Source of the DNA: a virus
Lineage: Duplodnaviria > Caudoviricetes
Direction: 5' to 3' (one strand)
Length of the DNA stretch: 64,000 bases
IMG/VR virus record: IMGVR_UViG_3300032328_000934
Span: 1 to 64,000 of that record
Within the stretch, counting starts at the first letter, position 1. Each line of letters opens with the position of its first letter. Below are positions 27,309 through 34,428 of the stretch, one piece after another. The notes under the pieces were generated by a model that did no database searches, had not been told where the DNA came from, and was given only the letters and a program-made list of their open reading frames with translations. The position numbers and the translations under genes were made by a program.

Positions 27309-27752
27309 CTACCAACGGCAGGCATTTTCCTGCTTCGTTGCGTAATTGGCGTCTGACTCGGCTGAGTCGATGGCGGCTTGCATGTGCCAAGCCGTCCATG
27401 CCTTAGTGCCGAAATTCATCGCTTCAAGAGCGTGTTGCTCTGCGCGATGGGCACGGTAGGCGTCACTCCAACCGTTACGGGTTCCGCGACGGTGAGCTGC
27501 GGCCAAGGCTGATTTGGCTTTGTTGCTCAAGCGGATTGCCCAGACGAATTCGACGAGCATTTCACAGGCGGTGAGGACCAAACCCACGACTGCGCCGATG
27601 GCAAGGCCGTACTCGGAGGCGGCGTACGAGTAGAGATACCACACCGCACCGCCGAACAAGGTCGCGCACACCAGTGCAAGGACGAATGACCGAAACACCA
27701 ACGCGCGAACGATTACGAACAACATGTTGCCGAGATTGAGAATGAGTGACAT
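27309..27752 (-). CDS. membrane protein (2 TM) cassette gene
   Basis: ATG 27752 after AAGGA; two hydrophobic helices. Confidence 0.65.
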   Translation of the reverse strand: MSLILNLGNMLFVIVRALVFRSFVLALVCATLFGGAVWYLYSYAASEYGLAIGAVVGLVLTACEMLVEFVWAIRLSNKAKSALAAAHRRGTRNGWSDAYRAHRAEQHALEAMNFGTKAWTAWHMQAAIDSAESDANYATKQENACRW

Positions 27753-27790
27753 GGTTGTTTCCTTTCTAAGAAAACTATTGCAAAAATTGC

Positions 27791-27821
27791 ATAATACCTC
27801 AAACATATACATGTGGGGAAA
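27791..27821 (-). promoter_or_regulatory. CACATGT promoter/operator box (outermost copy)
   Basis: TTTCCCCACATGTATATGTTTGAGGTATTAT. Confidence 0.6.
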
Positions 27822-28030
27822 GCGCAAATGACGGATAAGGTAGCATTGATCGTGTGAGATACAGCATGACGAGTGAGAAGACACTGATCGTAACTGACGC
27901 GCACATGAAGGATAGCTCGCGTACATGGGGGGTAGACACAAAGGCCACCACTCAGACTTCGCCCCACTCCCCTGTCATACTCAAATTTTTAAAAAACACT
28001 ACGACCTGTTTTGCGTTCCTGCCGCTGAAC

Positions 28031-28057
28031 AAAAAAAAACACCCCCTTTCGGGGGTG
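28031..28057 (-). terminator. intrinsic terminator ending the DUF2828 operon
   Basis: CACCCCC-GAAA-GGGGGTG hairpin plus T9 on the - strand. Confidence 0.9.
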
Positions 28058-28080
28058 AACAGGACGAACCGGCCAATTCC

Positions 28081-28130
28081 TAGCGTACTGCCATTAGCGT
28101 ACTGCTATTAGCGTACTGCTATTAGCGTAC
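28081..28130. repeat. 14-bp tandem repeat, 3 units plus a partial
   Basis: TAGCGTACTGC(C/T)AT units at 28081, 28095, 28109 and 28123. Confidence 0.85.
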
Positions 28131-28307
28131 GGCCAACGTGTCGGCAAACTTCATTGCTGCGAGATCTCCGTCTTCGATTGAATCAAAAAACTCAACCCAA
28201 TGTGAATCCCCGTCGCGACTTTCCACAGAGAACACGTATTTATCGTTGCGTGTGCTCCATTGGTAGACGATGTATACTTTGCCGTACTTGCGTCGTTTCG
28301 GTTTCAT
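28122..28307 (-). CDS. hypothetical protein
   Basis: 61 aa, AGGA RBS. Confidence 0.55.
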   Translation of the reverse strand: MKPKRRKYGKVYIVYQWSTRNDKYVFSVESRDGDSHWVEFFDSIEDGDLAAMKFADTLAVR

Positions 28308-28316
28308 GGCCGCTTC

Positions 28317-28673
28317 CTAATAAATGACTAATCCCCGAACAGCCTTGATGTTACCATCGGCATCACGGATCGCGGTAGGGCCAGTATCGAGTGCATACAC
28401 GTCTTCACGTTCTTTGCCTTCGGGGCTGTTGGCCACAATCATGCTCGTAATGTATATTACACCGTCTTCAGGATCTGGCAGATTCTCTATCTCGGTGAAC
28501 AGCGGTACGTGTACCGGAATCTCTATGTTGTTCTCCGTCCATACACTCGCAACTCGGTAGGATTTCTGGCCAACACGAGCGGCAGGTAAGGTCGGTTCAA
28601 TAATAATGTCGGCCTCATCGACGCGAATGGTGATCGCGTGAGGGGTTAGGTTAATCAGTTTCGTCATATTCAC
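28317..28673 (-). CDS. NLTPH-motif small protein (possible Crn4-type ring nuclease family)
   Basis: LINLTPHAITI...LPDPEDGVIYITS.IVA...REDVY...AIRDADGNIKAVRGL; family link is from memory and unverified. Confidence 0.5.
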   Translation of the reverse strand: MNMTKLINLTPHAITIRVDEADIIIEPTLPAARVGQKSYRVASVWTENNIEIPVHVPLFTEIENLPDPEDGVIYITSMIVANSPEGKEREDVYALDTGPTAIRDADGNIKAVRGLVIY

Positions 28674-28855
28674 TGTGTGTGTCCTTTAACAGTAGTGTGT
28701 TCTGCAACTTTGTAATGCATCAAGCGGGTAAGGTACTCTAGCTGATCGAGCAACATGTCCATACGTGCTGCGGCAGCATTACTTACATCTGGGCTTTGCA
28801 CTTCGTCATCAATCTTTTGACGAAGTGCAGCAAACTCCTGCTCAAGTGCGGCCAT
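28670..28855 (-). CDS. hypothetical helical protein
   Basis: 61 aa, operonic. Confidence 0.55.
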   Translation of the reverse strand: MAALEQEFAALRQKIDDEVQSPDVSNAAAARMDMLLDQLEYLTRLMHYKVAEHTTVKGHTQ

Positions 28856-28866
28856 AAGACGCCCTT

Positions 28867-30318
28867 CTACTGCGTTAGTGCAGTTAGTGCAGCGGATGGA
28901 TCGTAGCGATCATCCATAATTGTGGACAACATGACAGACTCTGCGGTGATGCTGTCAAGATTGCCTGACAGCACACTCTTCAGGATTGCCGGGGAAAAGC
29001 CACTGACCATCGCAGTATTGCGGTCGTGTTGCGTGACGCTCTTATCAAGGTCACGTACCTCGGCTTGGTTGAGGTTCCAGAATATGACTGTTGGGGCAGT
29101 GTATCCTTCGGCCTCATACTTGCGACGAATCATTTCGATTGCGCGATCGTCGTGTTTCACACAGGCATTAAACTGCATGTCCGACAGGATCAGCAACACT
29201 TGTGGCATTTCCTCTTGCGATACCTTGCCTTCCTTGGCCACGCGTAAAATCTCTTCAAGTGCGGCGTTCAAATCGGTACTTGTTTCCCAATGTGCACGAG
29301 ACAGTTGATTAAATTTCTCCACAATGTTTCCCTTAAGAACTTGCAGTCGCGGTTTTGACGAAAAAGTCAAAAACGTGTCCTTAAACGGGCCAAGGTTTTT
29401 GTCAGCGACGTACATACCCAACGAAAGAGCGACGCTCAACGCGGTCAGGCCACTCTTTGAAAGCGACACTGAACCCATTGATCCTGAGACGTCAACGAGG
29501 GCGAGTACTCGTGCGTCCCCGACATAGTTGGGAAGCGAATTCCACTGCTGTGCAATGAAGCTCGTCTCAACCTGCCCCAAGCGATGGAAGTTTTGGCTAA
29601 GCAAAGAGACAATCACATCGTGAGGAAAGATTGCCCCAGCGTTTACTTTAACCCCTTCCTTATTGCTCTGCAAATCGCTCACATATTGGGTGTACGCCTG
29701 CTCTGCATTGCGATAAAACGCTTTGCGGTAGCGAGCTGCGGCGACTGACGGGACGTGTGAGAAGTTAATGGAATCCCAATCCTTCGCACACATCTTCGTC
29801 TCAACCACGTTGGTGAGCGAGACCAACATGGTACGGTATTGCTTCCAGCTCATTAACAAGTAGCAACGCAACTTGTCTGCAACAGGCCCTTTGCGGGGCA
29901 TCCACTTCGCGCATAACGGATTCTTCTGCTCGAGTCCTTCGGCGATTAGGCTGAATGCGAACCGTTGGCAGCGTTCAGTCTCGAACACGAGGAGATCATC
30001 CCAGCGACCAAGTTCGGAAACGCGAGTGGCCAAACCCATTGCAAGCAACGGGCGTGAGACCTCGAGTAACCGCAAAATCTTGCGGAAAAACTCACGCTCT
30101 CCAGCTCCCTTACGCACATCACGGCCCCACAACGCAATGCGAAGTGCGTACATTGGGTTTTCAACCAATGCGGCGGTGAACGGGGCAGTAATGTCGGCGT
30201 CACGGTACTCGCTTACACTTGAAAAAAGATCAAGGCAGCGACTACCACTTGAAACAAGGCTCTTCATGCCATTCTCAGTCCGGGTTGTCTGGGCCATCAC
30301 GGCCTGTGCAAAGGTCAT
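28867..30318 (-). CDS. DUF2828-family TROVE-like/vWA (Ro60-related) protein
   Basis: TENG, LDLF, RDVRKGAGERE, GRWDDL, AKWMPR, MIDAS DVSGSM, LILSDMQF, IFWNL. Confidence 0.85.
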   Translation of the reverse strand: MTFAQAVMAQTTRTENGMKSLVSSGSRCLDLFSSVSEYRDADITAPFTAALVENPMYALRIALWGRDVRKGAGEREFFRKILRLLEVSRPLLAMGLATRVSELGRWDDLLVFETERCQRFAFSLIAEGLEQKNPLCAKWMPRKGPVADKLRCYLLMSWKQYRTMLVSLTNVVETKMCAKDWDSINFSHVPSVAAARYRKAFYRNAEQAYTQYVSDLQSNKEGVKVNAGAIFPHDVIVSLLSQNFHRLGQVETSFIAQQWNSLPNYVGDARVLALVDVSGSMGSVSLSKSGLTALSVALSLGMYVADKNLGPFKDTFLTFSSKPRLQVLKGNIVEKFNQLSRAHWETSTDLNAALEEILRVAKEGKVSQEEMPQVLLILSDMQFNACVKHDDRAIEMIRRKYEAEGYTAPTVIFWNLNQAEVRDLDKSVTQHDRNTAMVSGFSPAILKSVLSGNLDSITAESVMLSTIMDDRYDPSAALTALTQ

Positions 30319-30331
30319 TGCGTACTCCTTC

Positions 30332-30529
30332 AGGTTAACGATCTGTCATGCTGTTTGTAACCTAGTAGTCAGGATGAGTTCGAGTTATCACGCTCGAAGT
30401 TTGTTATTGAAGTAATGTTTGGTGTGCAGTACTCATCCAATCGCCCTCTCGGGTGTGTATTAACTTTTCGGGCTACCTAAGAAGTCTGTAGTTTGCAATA
30501 CTATTCTTAAGTTTTGCTGCGGGTAGCCC
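30332..30529 (-). ncRNA. three tandem stem-closed elements upstream of DUF2828 (candidate ncRNA or leader)
   Basis: GGGCTACC/GGTAGCCC (30470-30529), GGATGAGT/ACTCATCC (30372-30438), AGGTTA/TAACCT (30332-30363). Confidence 0.5.
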
Positions 30530-30622
30530 ATTTGTAAGAATCGGATGCGGTTGGTGCTTCAAACCCATATTGTTGCTTTTGTCTTGCGGTACGCATCCAT
30601 CTGTATAATAACCGAATTCGCG

Positions 30623-30829
30623 CTAGCTGTCAAGTGGATTACGCGACGAGTTTGCCTCGATCCGCAAGTACCCGTGACGAGGGCGCATCTCCTGCAAAAC
30701 ACGCTCGATAAACTCGCGTGTTCCGATCACCTCAGTGATAAATTCACTGCGACTGTTAACAATGTTGAATGAACGAATTTCATCCTTCTGCCAATCGATG
30801 GACCGATCTCTAGTCTGTAAGGTCGACAA
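30623..30829 (-). CDS. hypothetical protein
   Basis: 68 aa, operonic. Confidence 0.5.
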   Translation of the reverse strand: MSTLQTRDRSIDWQKDEIRSFNIVNSRSEFITEVIGTREFIERVLQEMRPRHGYLRIEANSSRNPLDS

Positions 30830-31130
30830 GACGTTCTCCTACTCTACGAAAAAACTGCGCTATTGGGTTGCGGTTGGCCTGTAAATGACTTGCCCGATGT
30901 ATCTCAGAGGCACGGAGCCAGCGACGAAGCGAGAAGGTCAAGCAGTAGTGCGCTAAGTCCCATGCTTGGACGAAACTGTCTGACGGGTATACTGACTCGA
31001 CAATCGGGGGGAAGGCCTCTTCTACGGGGCCGTGAGTGATCTGCCAGCGATACTTACCGGTGTCGTTCTCTTGGATCACCTCGATCGCGAATGGAGTCTC
31101 AGGAACTAGATACCGTTCGTGTCTGCCCAT
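30810..31130 (-). CDS. hypothetical protein
   Basis: ATG 31130, AAGGAG RBS. Confidence 0.6.
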   Translation of the reverse strand: MGRHERYLVPETPFAIEVIQENDTGKYRWQITHGPVEEAFPPIVESVYPSDSFVQAWDLAHYCLTFSLRRWLRASEIHRASHLQANRNPIAQFFRRVGERLVDLTD

Positions 31131-31272
31131 TGGCATTCTCCTTTGTGGCTAGTTGCACCATGAGGGCAACCGCTGCTTCTCGTGTGTTTGCGTGTGCTAC
31201 TGTGTGGCTGAACATCCACACTCGGTGAACCACTTCCCACGAACCATTGCGAAATTGTACGAAGTAACGCAT
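31099..31272 (-). CDS. hypothetical protein
   Basis: ATG 31272 after GGAG, first gene after promoter. Confidence 0.6.
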   Translation of the reverse strand: MRYFVQFRNGSWEVVHRVWMFSHTVAHANTREAAVALMVQLATKENANGQTRTVSSS

Positions 31273-31295
31273 ACATTCTCCATAAATAAAAATAG

Positions 31296-31335
31296 AACCC
31301 TTTCTCATTATAGAGAAAGGGTTGCTACTTGTCAA
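31296..31335 (-). promoter_or_regulatory. consensus sigma70 promoter with -10 in a hairpin loop
   Basis: TTGACA-17-TATAAT; TATAAT is exactly the loop of an 11-bp inverted repeat. Confidence 0.9.
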
Positions 31336-31599
31336 CTACCAAATTCGATCGAGTTGCTGTACGTATAACTCAAACTCGTTACCGTTACACACACGCTCCC
31401 AATACGGCCGATCCATTGCGTTCACGTAGAGCTGCCAGATCATCTCATTGCCCGACATCGCGCTAAATCCAATCGCCCCGTGATGTCGCTCAATGCCTCG
31501 AAGAAGCGCTTGAAGCGCAGTCATGTTCCAGCGTGACACATCTATCTTAAGCGTCACGAGCCACTTATTAACGGCTAAGCGGAGTTCTGTAGGTTTCAT
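31336..31599 (-). CDS. hypothetical protein
   Basis: Likely ATG 31599 after GGAGG; longer ORF-track start overlaps the GT gene. Confidence 0.5.
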   Translation of the reverse strand: MKPTELRLAVNKWLVTLKIDVSRWNMTALQALLRGIERHHGAIGFSAMSGNEMIWQLYVNAMDRPYWERVCNGNEFELYVQQLDRIW

Positions 31600-32257
31600 A
31601 TCCCGGTAATCCTCCCCATTTTTGCACATAGTACTCGGCATTTTTTCGAAAGTTATGATGATAGATTGCCTGCTCCACATTGTCATACTTGTCTGACGGT
31701 GCGTAATCACCACTAAAAAACGATACACCGTTGAACACGTGCAGTGGTATTCCCATCAGTTTCATACGATACAGATAGTCACTATCTTCAAAACCCTCGG
31801 GCCAAAATTGAGTGTCGAACTCCCCAATTTCTTGGTACAGCCCGCGTGTTAGGGCGAAAAACGAGAGGGGCCTGTAGTTAGCAGCGCTATAATGCACAAA
31901 CCGTTGGTTTCCTAGAGCCTTGATTGTTTCTGTGATAGTCGGCTGGTCAAGGGTAAGCCAATCCCGTGCAATGATAATTGCATCGCAATCGCTGTCAAAC
32001 GCGTTGCGGCAGAGTAGGTTCCAACTCCGTGCCAGTCCGTGATTGGCGGGGAAGTCGGTTATAATTAACGACTTCAATGGGTTAAGCGTAGTGAGCACGT
32101 CCCACCAAGACTGCTGTACTCCATGATACTCAAGCCCAAGTGAGTTATTTAGGTGAAGGTGAATCGCATCGACTTGAGACTCATCCACACTTGGAATATG
32201 CTTGTCTACTACCCAATCAAACTGGTTAACCGTAGTAATTCCGTAGCGCACTTTCAT
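31568..32257 (-). CDS. glycosyltransferase family 2-like
   Basis: NHGLARSWN, IGEFDTQFWPEGFEDSDYLYRMK, YYVQKWGG; DxD position degenerate (ARDW). Confidence 0.7.
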   Translation of the reverse strand: MKVRYGITTVNQFDWVVDKHIPSVDESQVDAIHLHLNNSLGLEYHGVQQSWWDVLTTLNPLKSLIITDFPANHGLARSWNLLCRNAFDSDCDAIIIARDWLTLDQPTITETIKALGNQRFVHYSAANYRPLSFFALTRGLYQEIGEFDTQFWPEGFEDSDYLYRMKLMGIPLHVFNGVSFFSGDYAPSDKYDNVEQAIYHHNFRKNAEYYVQKWGGLPGYETYRTPLSR

Positions 32258-32265
32258 ACATACTC

Positions 32266-32691
32266 CTATTTAAAAACTGCCCGATCTTCTTGGACAGTCA
32301 TCCATTTAGACCAGCAAGGGCGACTTGATGCCCAGTGACGCCAACCGTAACCATCTTCCCAAAGTGTTTGAAAAAGTTGATATTGTGTATAAGCCGGAGC
32401 TTTATCAGCACTAGGATAGAGAGTGACTACCTCTTTCCAATCAGATTCAAACGCTTGACGCATTATCCAACCGTCGTTCGGATTCCACACCCAGTAGTTG
32501 TTGAACTGAAAAGCACCGCCATCTCGAGTACCGTCTTTGTTTATGTTAACGGCATTCCATTTGTATGATCCGAGTGTTTGAGTATCCCCCGATTCACATG
32601 CCATAATAGCCAGTGCTTCCCGGGATAAATCTACCTGTTCACAGCCTACTGGACTGCAGTACAAAATAAACGTAACTAGTAAGCTAATCAT
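32266..32691 (-). CDS. lysozyme-like/lytic transglycosylase with hydrophobic N-terminus
   Basis: AIMACESG catalytic Glu, N.DGTRDGGAFQFN, GWRHW; start ATG 32691. Confidence 0.7.
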   Translation of the reverse strand: MISLLVTFILYCSPVGCEQVDLSREALAIMACESGDTQTLGSYKWNAVNINKDGTRDGGAFQFNNYWVWNPNDGWIMRQAFESDWKEVVTLYPSADKAPAYTQYQLFQTLWEDGYGWRHWASSRPCWSKWMTVQEDRAVFK

Positions 32692-32872
32692 CCTTCTCCT
32701 TTTTAACTCGTTTTTGTGTGGGTTTGGGCAAACTAACCTTAACCTTGGGGTCAAGCAGTTTTGCGAGCGAACCATCCGCGTTGTAAATCTCTGCACTCTT
32801 GGTGTAGGTTTCAACGATTTGTGTGTTGCCGTCAGCGTTTGTGACAAGCCATTTTTTGTAGTTCTGTTCCAT
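32684..32872 (-). CDS. hypothetical basic protein
   Basis: 62 aa, AGGAGG RBS, first gene after promoter. Confidence 0.6.
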   Translation of the reverse strand: MEQNYKKWLVTNADGNTQIVETYTKSAEIYNADGSLAKLLDPKVKVSLPKPTQKRVKKEKDD

Positions 32873-32894
32873 AAATCCTCTATAAATAAAAAAC

Positions 32895-32931
32895 CTCCCC
32901 CATTATAGTGGGGGAGATTCTCGTTTGTCAA
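32895..32931 (-). promoter_or_regulatory. consensus sigma70 promoter with -10 in a hairpin loop
   Basis: TTGACA-18-TATAAT; CTCCCCC/GGGGGAG arms flank the -10. Confidence 0.85.
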
Positions 32932-32934
32932 GGG

Positions 32935-33372
32935 CTATTCGGGTTTATGTGCGTCTTCTCGGCTAATTGACACAATTACTGTCTGTTGGCTTGTAGGATC
33001 AAGCAGGTCGTTTGCGGTCTGTTTGTCCATATCCTGCAGAAATGCGCTTACTTGGTCTTTTACTAAGCTAAGCAGAGCTGATTGCGGATTAATCGTCTGC
33101 TCCCACGCAAGCGGTTTGACTGCGGCTCGGTATATTACCTGCGAGGTAGTGAAGATGATAGTCAGGGACTGAAAGAAGAATTCGGCATCAAACTCTTTCC
33201 CTGAAGTAAGGCTGGCGGCCGGTATAATTGCAGCGGCCAGAAACGACAGGCCGAATACGAGCGCAAACTTCTGCACACTTGGCCAGTGTGCTTGTTTTAA
33301 GCTACTTGCGACCAAAGGAATGATGATACCTACCAACAACTGATATATAAGTTCCATAGTTTTAAGATCCAT
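32935..33372 (-). CDS. putative holin
   Basis: 2-3 TM segments (GIIIPLVASSLKQAHWP...FALVFGLSFLAAAII); in lysis cassette. Confidence 0.65.
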   Translation of the reverse strand: MDLKTMELIYQLLVGIIIPLVASSLKQAHWPSVQKFALVFGLSFLAAAIIPAASLTSGKEFDAEFFFQSLTIIFTTSQVIYRAAVKPLAWEQTINPQSALLSLVKDQVSAFLQDMDKQTANDLLDPTSQQTVIVSISREDAHKPE

Positions 33373-33706
33373 TTGATTTCTCCATACTGTTAATTTTGTT
33401 ACTCATCTCGGCTACGAATTGTTCTAGATCTTGGATGCGATCAAGCATGCGGAGTTTATCCGACTCCAACTGAATAATTTTTTGCTCAAGTTCCATTTGC
33501 TTTTGCTTTTCGGCTAGATTATCGCTGAGCAATTGCTCGTTCTTAGTTCTAAGCGTTTCATTGTCCGACTCGAGGGATTCGATACGTAAAAGCAAACTGT
33601 CCTGAAACTTTGCCGTGGCGTCGCTACCACTCTTTTTAAAAGATAGCCATGCTAATGCAAACGACACCACGCCGGTGATCAGTGCATACAGCGTTTGGTC
33701 GCTCAT
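33362..33706 (-). CDS. membrane-anchored coiled-coil lysis-cassette protein
   Basis: N-terminal TM plus long coiled coil, between endolysin and holin. Confidence 0.55.
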   Translation of the reverse strand: MSDQTLYALITGVVSFALAWLSFKKSGSDATAKFQDSLLLRIESLESDNETLRTKNEQLLSDNLAEKQKQMELEQKIIQLESDKLRMLDRIQDLEQFVAEMSNKINSMEKSNGS

Positions 33707-34428
33707 AACTCACCTCCAAAGTCAATTAGTGATGCATGCACAAACCCCAACCAATTACAATAATACCACAAGTTGCTGTTATTATACACGTCACCCGCAA
33801 CTGGTTTTTGACTGAGTGCAACAGTCAATTTAGCGGGTAATACCGCAACAATGTTTAGGTCAAATTTTGGACTACTTCGTAAATTACTGTTTACCCGTAA
33901 TCGACCTAGGATAGGTGTGTCGTTAACCTGATTAGACCAGTTAACAAATTGATCGTCAATTACACCCGATGGGTCTATTTTTCGGCCAATAGGGCGAGCA
34001 ATCTGTCGATGCATTACACGCGTTAATCCGCCGTAGCACTGTGCTAGTCTTGTTAACGCGTGCCACATCTCACCTGTCCAGTACAGCTCTTTTGGGGTAA
34101 AGTGCATCTCTACCCCAATAGCGTAGTAGTTACTGTACGCATCTCTGCTCACCTCTCCTGCGTGCCACGCTACGTACTTCTCGGGGTCTAATACCTGATA
34201 GATAACTCCGGACTTGTTTATAAAATAATGAGCAGAGACATTAGGCGAATTAACGAGATAATTTAACTCGGCACTCCCCTTAGACCCAACGTTACCGTTG
34301 GTTGTGTGCACTACAAACGTTTTATACGGGTCACTGCCCTTGCGGAGGCTGTACCCTTGGCCCGGTGGGAGTACTAGGTTCTTCTGGTGCGCTGTCTCCA
34401 TTGGGAGGTGGCTGAGTAGTTGGTTCAT
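33703..34428 (-). CDS. endolysin, N-acetylmuramoyl-L-alanine amidase (Amidase_2) with C-terminal SH3-like domain
   Basis: VVHTT, SAHYFI, AWHAG, IGVEM, HRQIA...KIDP; C-terminal NLRSSP...WY. Confidence 0.9.
   Translation of the reverse strand: MNQLLSHLPMETAHQKNLVLPPGQGYSLRKGSDPYKTFVVHTTNGNVGSKGSAELNYLVNSPNVSAHYFINKSGVIYQVLDPEKYVAWHAGEVSRDAYSNYYAIGVEMHFTPKELYWTGEMWHALTRLAQCYGGLTRVMHRQIARPIGRKIDPSGVIDDQFVNWSNQVNDTPILGRLRVNSNLRSSPKFDLNIVAVLPAKLTVALSQKPVAGDVYNNSNLWYYCNWLGFVHASLIDFGGEL

Noticed and set aside
25351-27406. Plus-strand ORFs over the repeat modules (25351, 25484, 25931, 26576, 27131 etc.)
   Set aside because: They are translations of the GC-rich repeats (GQGLWAGTR recurs) with no RBS, antisense to well-supported genes.
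24200-27850. CRISPR array or integron attC array
   Set aside because: Repeats are long, mosaic and separated by whole genes rather than 30-40 bp spacers. The hairpins lack the outer RYYYAAC/GTTRRRY boxes and attC geometry, and no cas or integrase gene is in the window.
32691-32931. N-terminal 80-aa extension of the transglycosylase ORF
   Set aside because: It overlaps a promoter and the 62-aa gene; the real start is probably ATG 32691.
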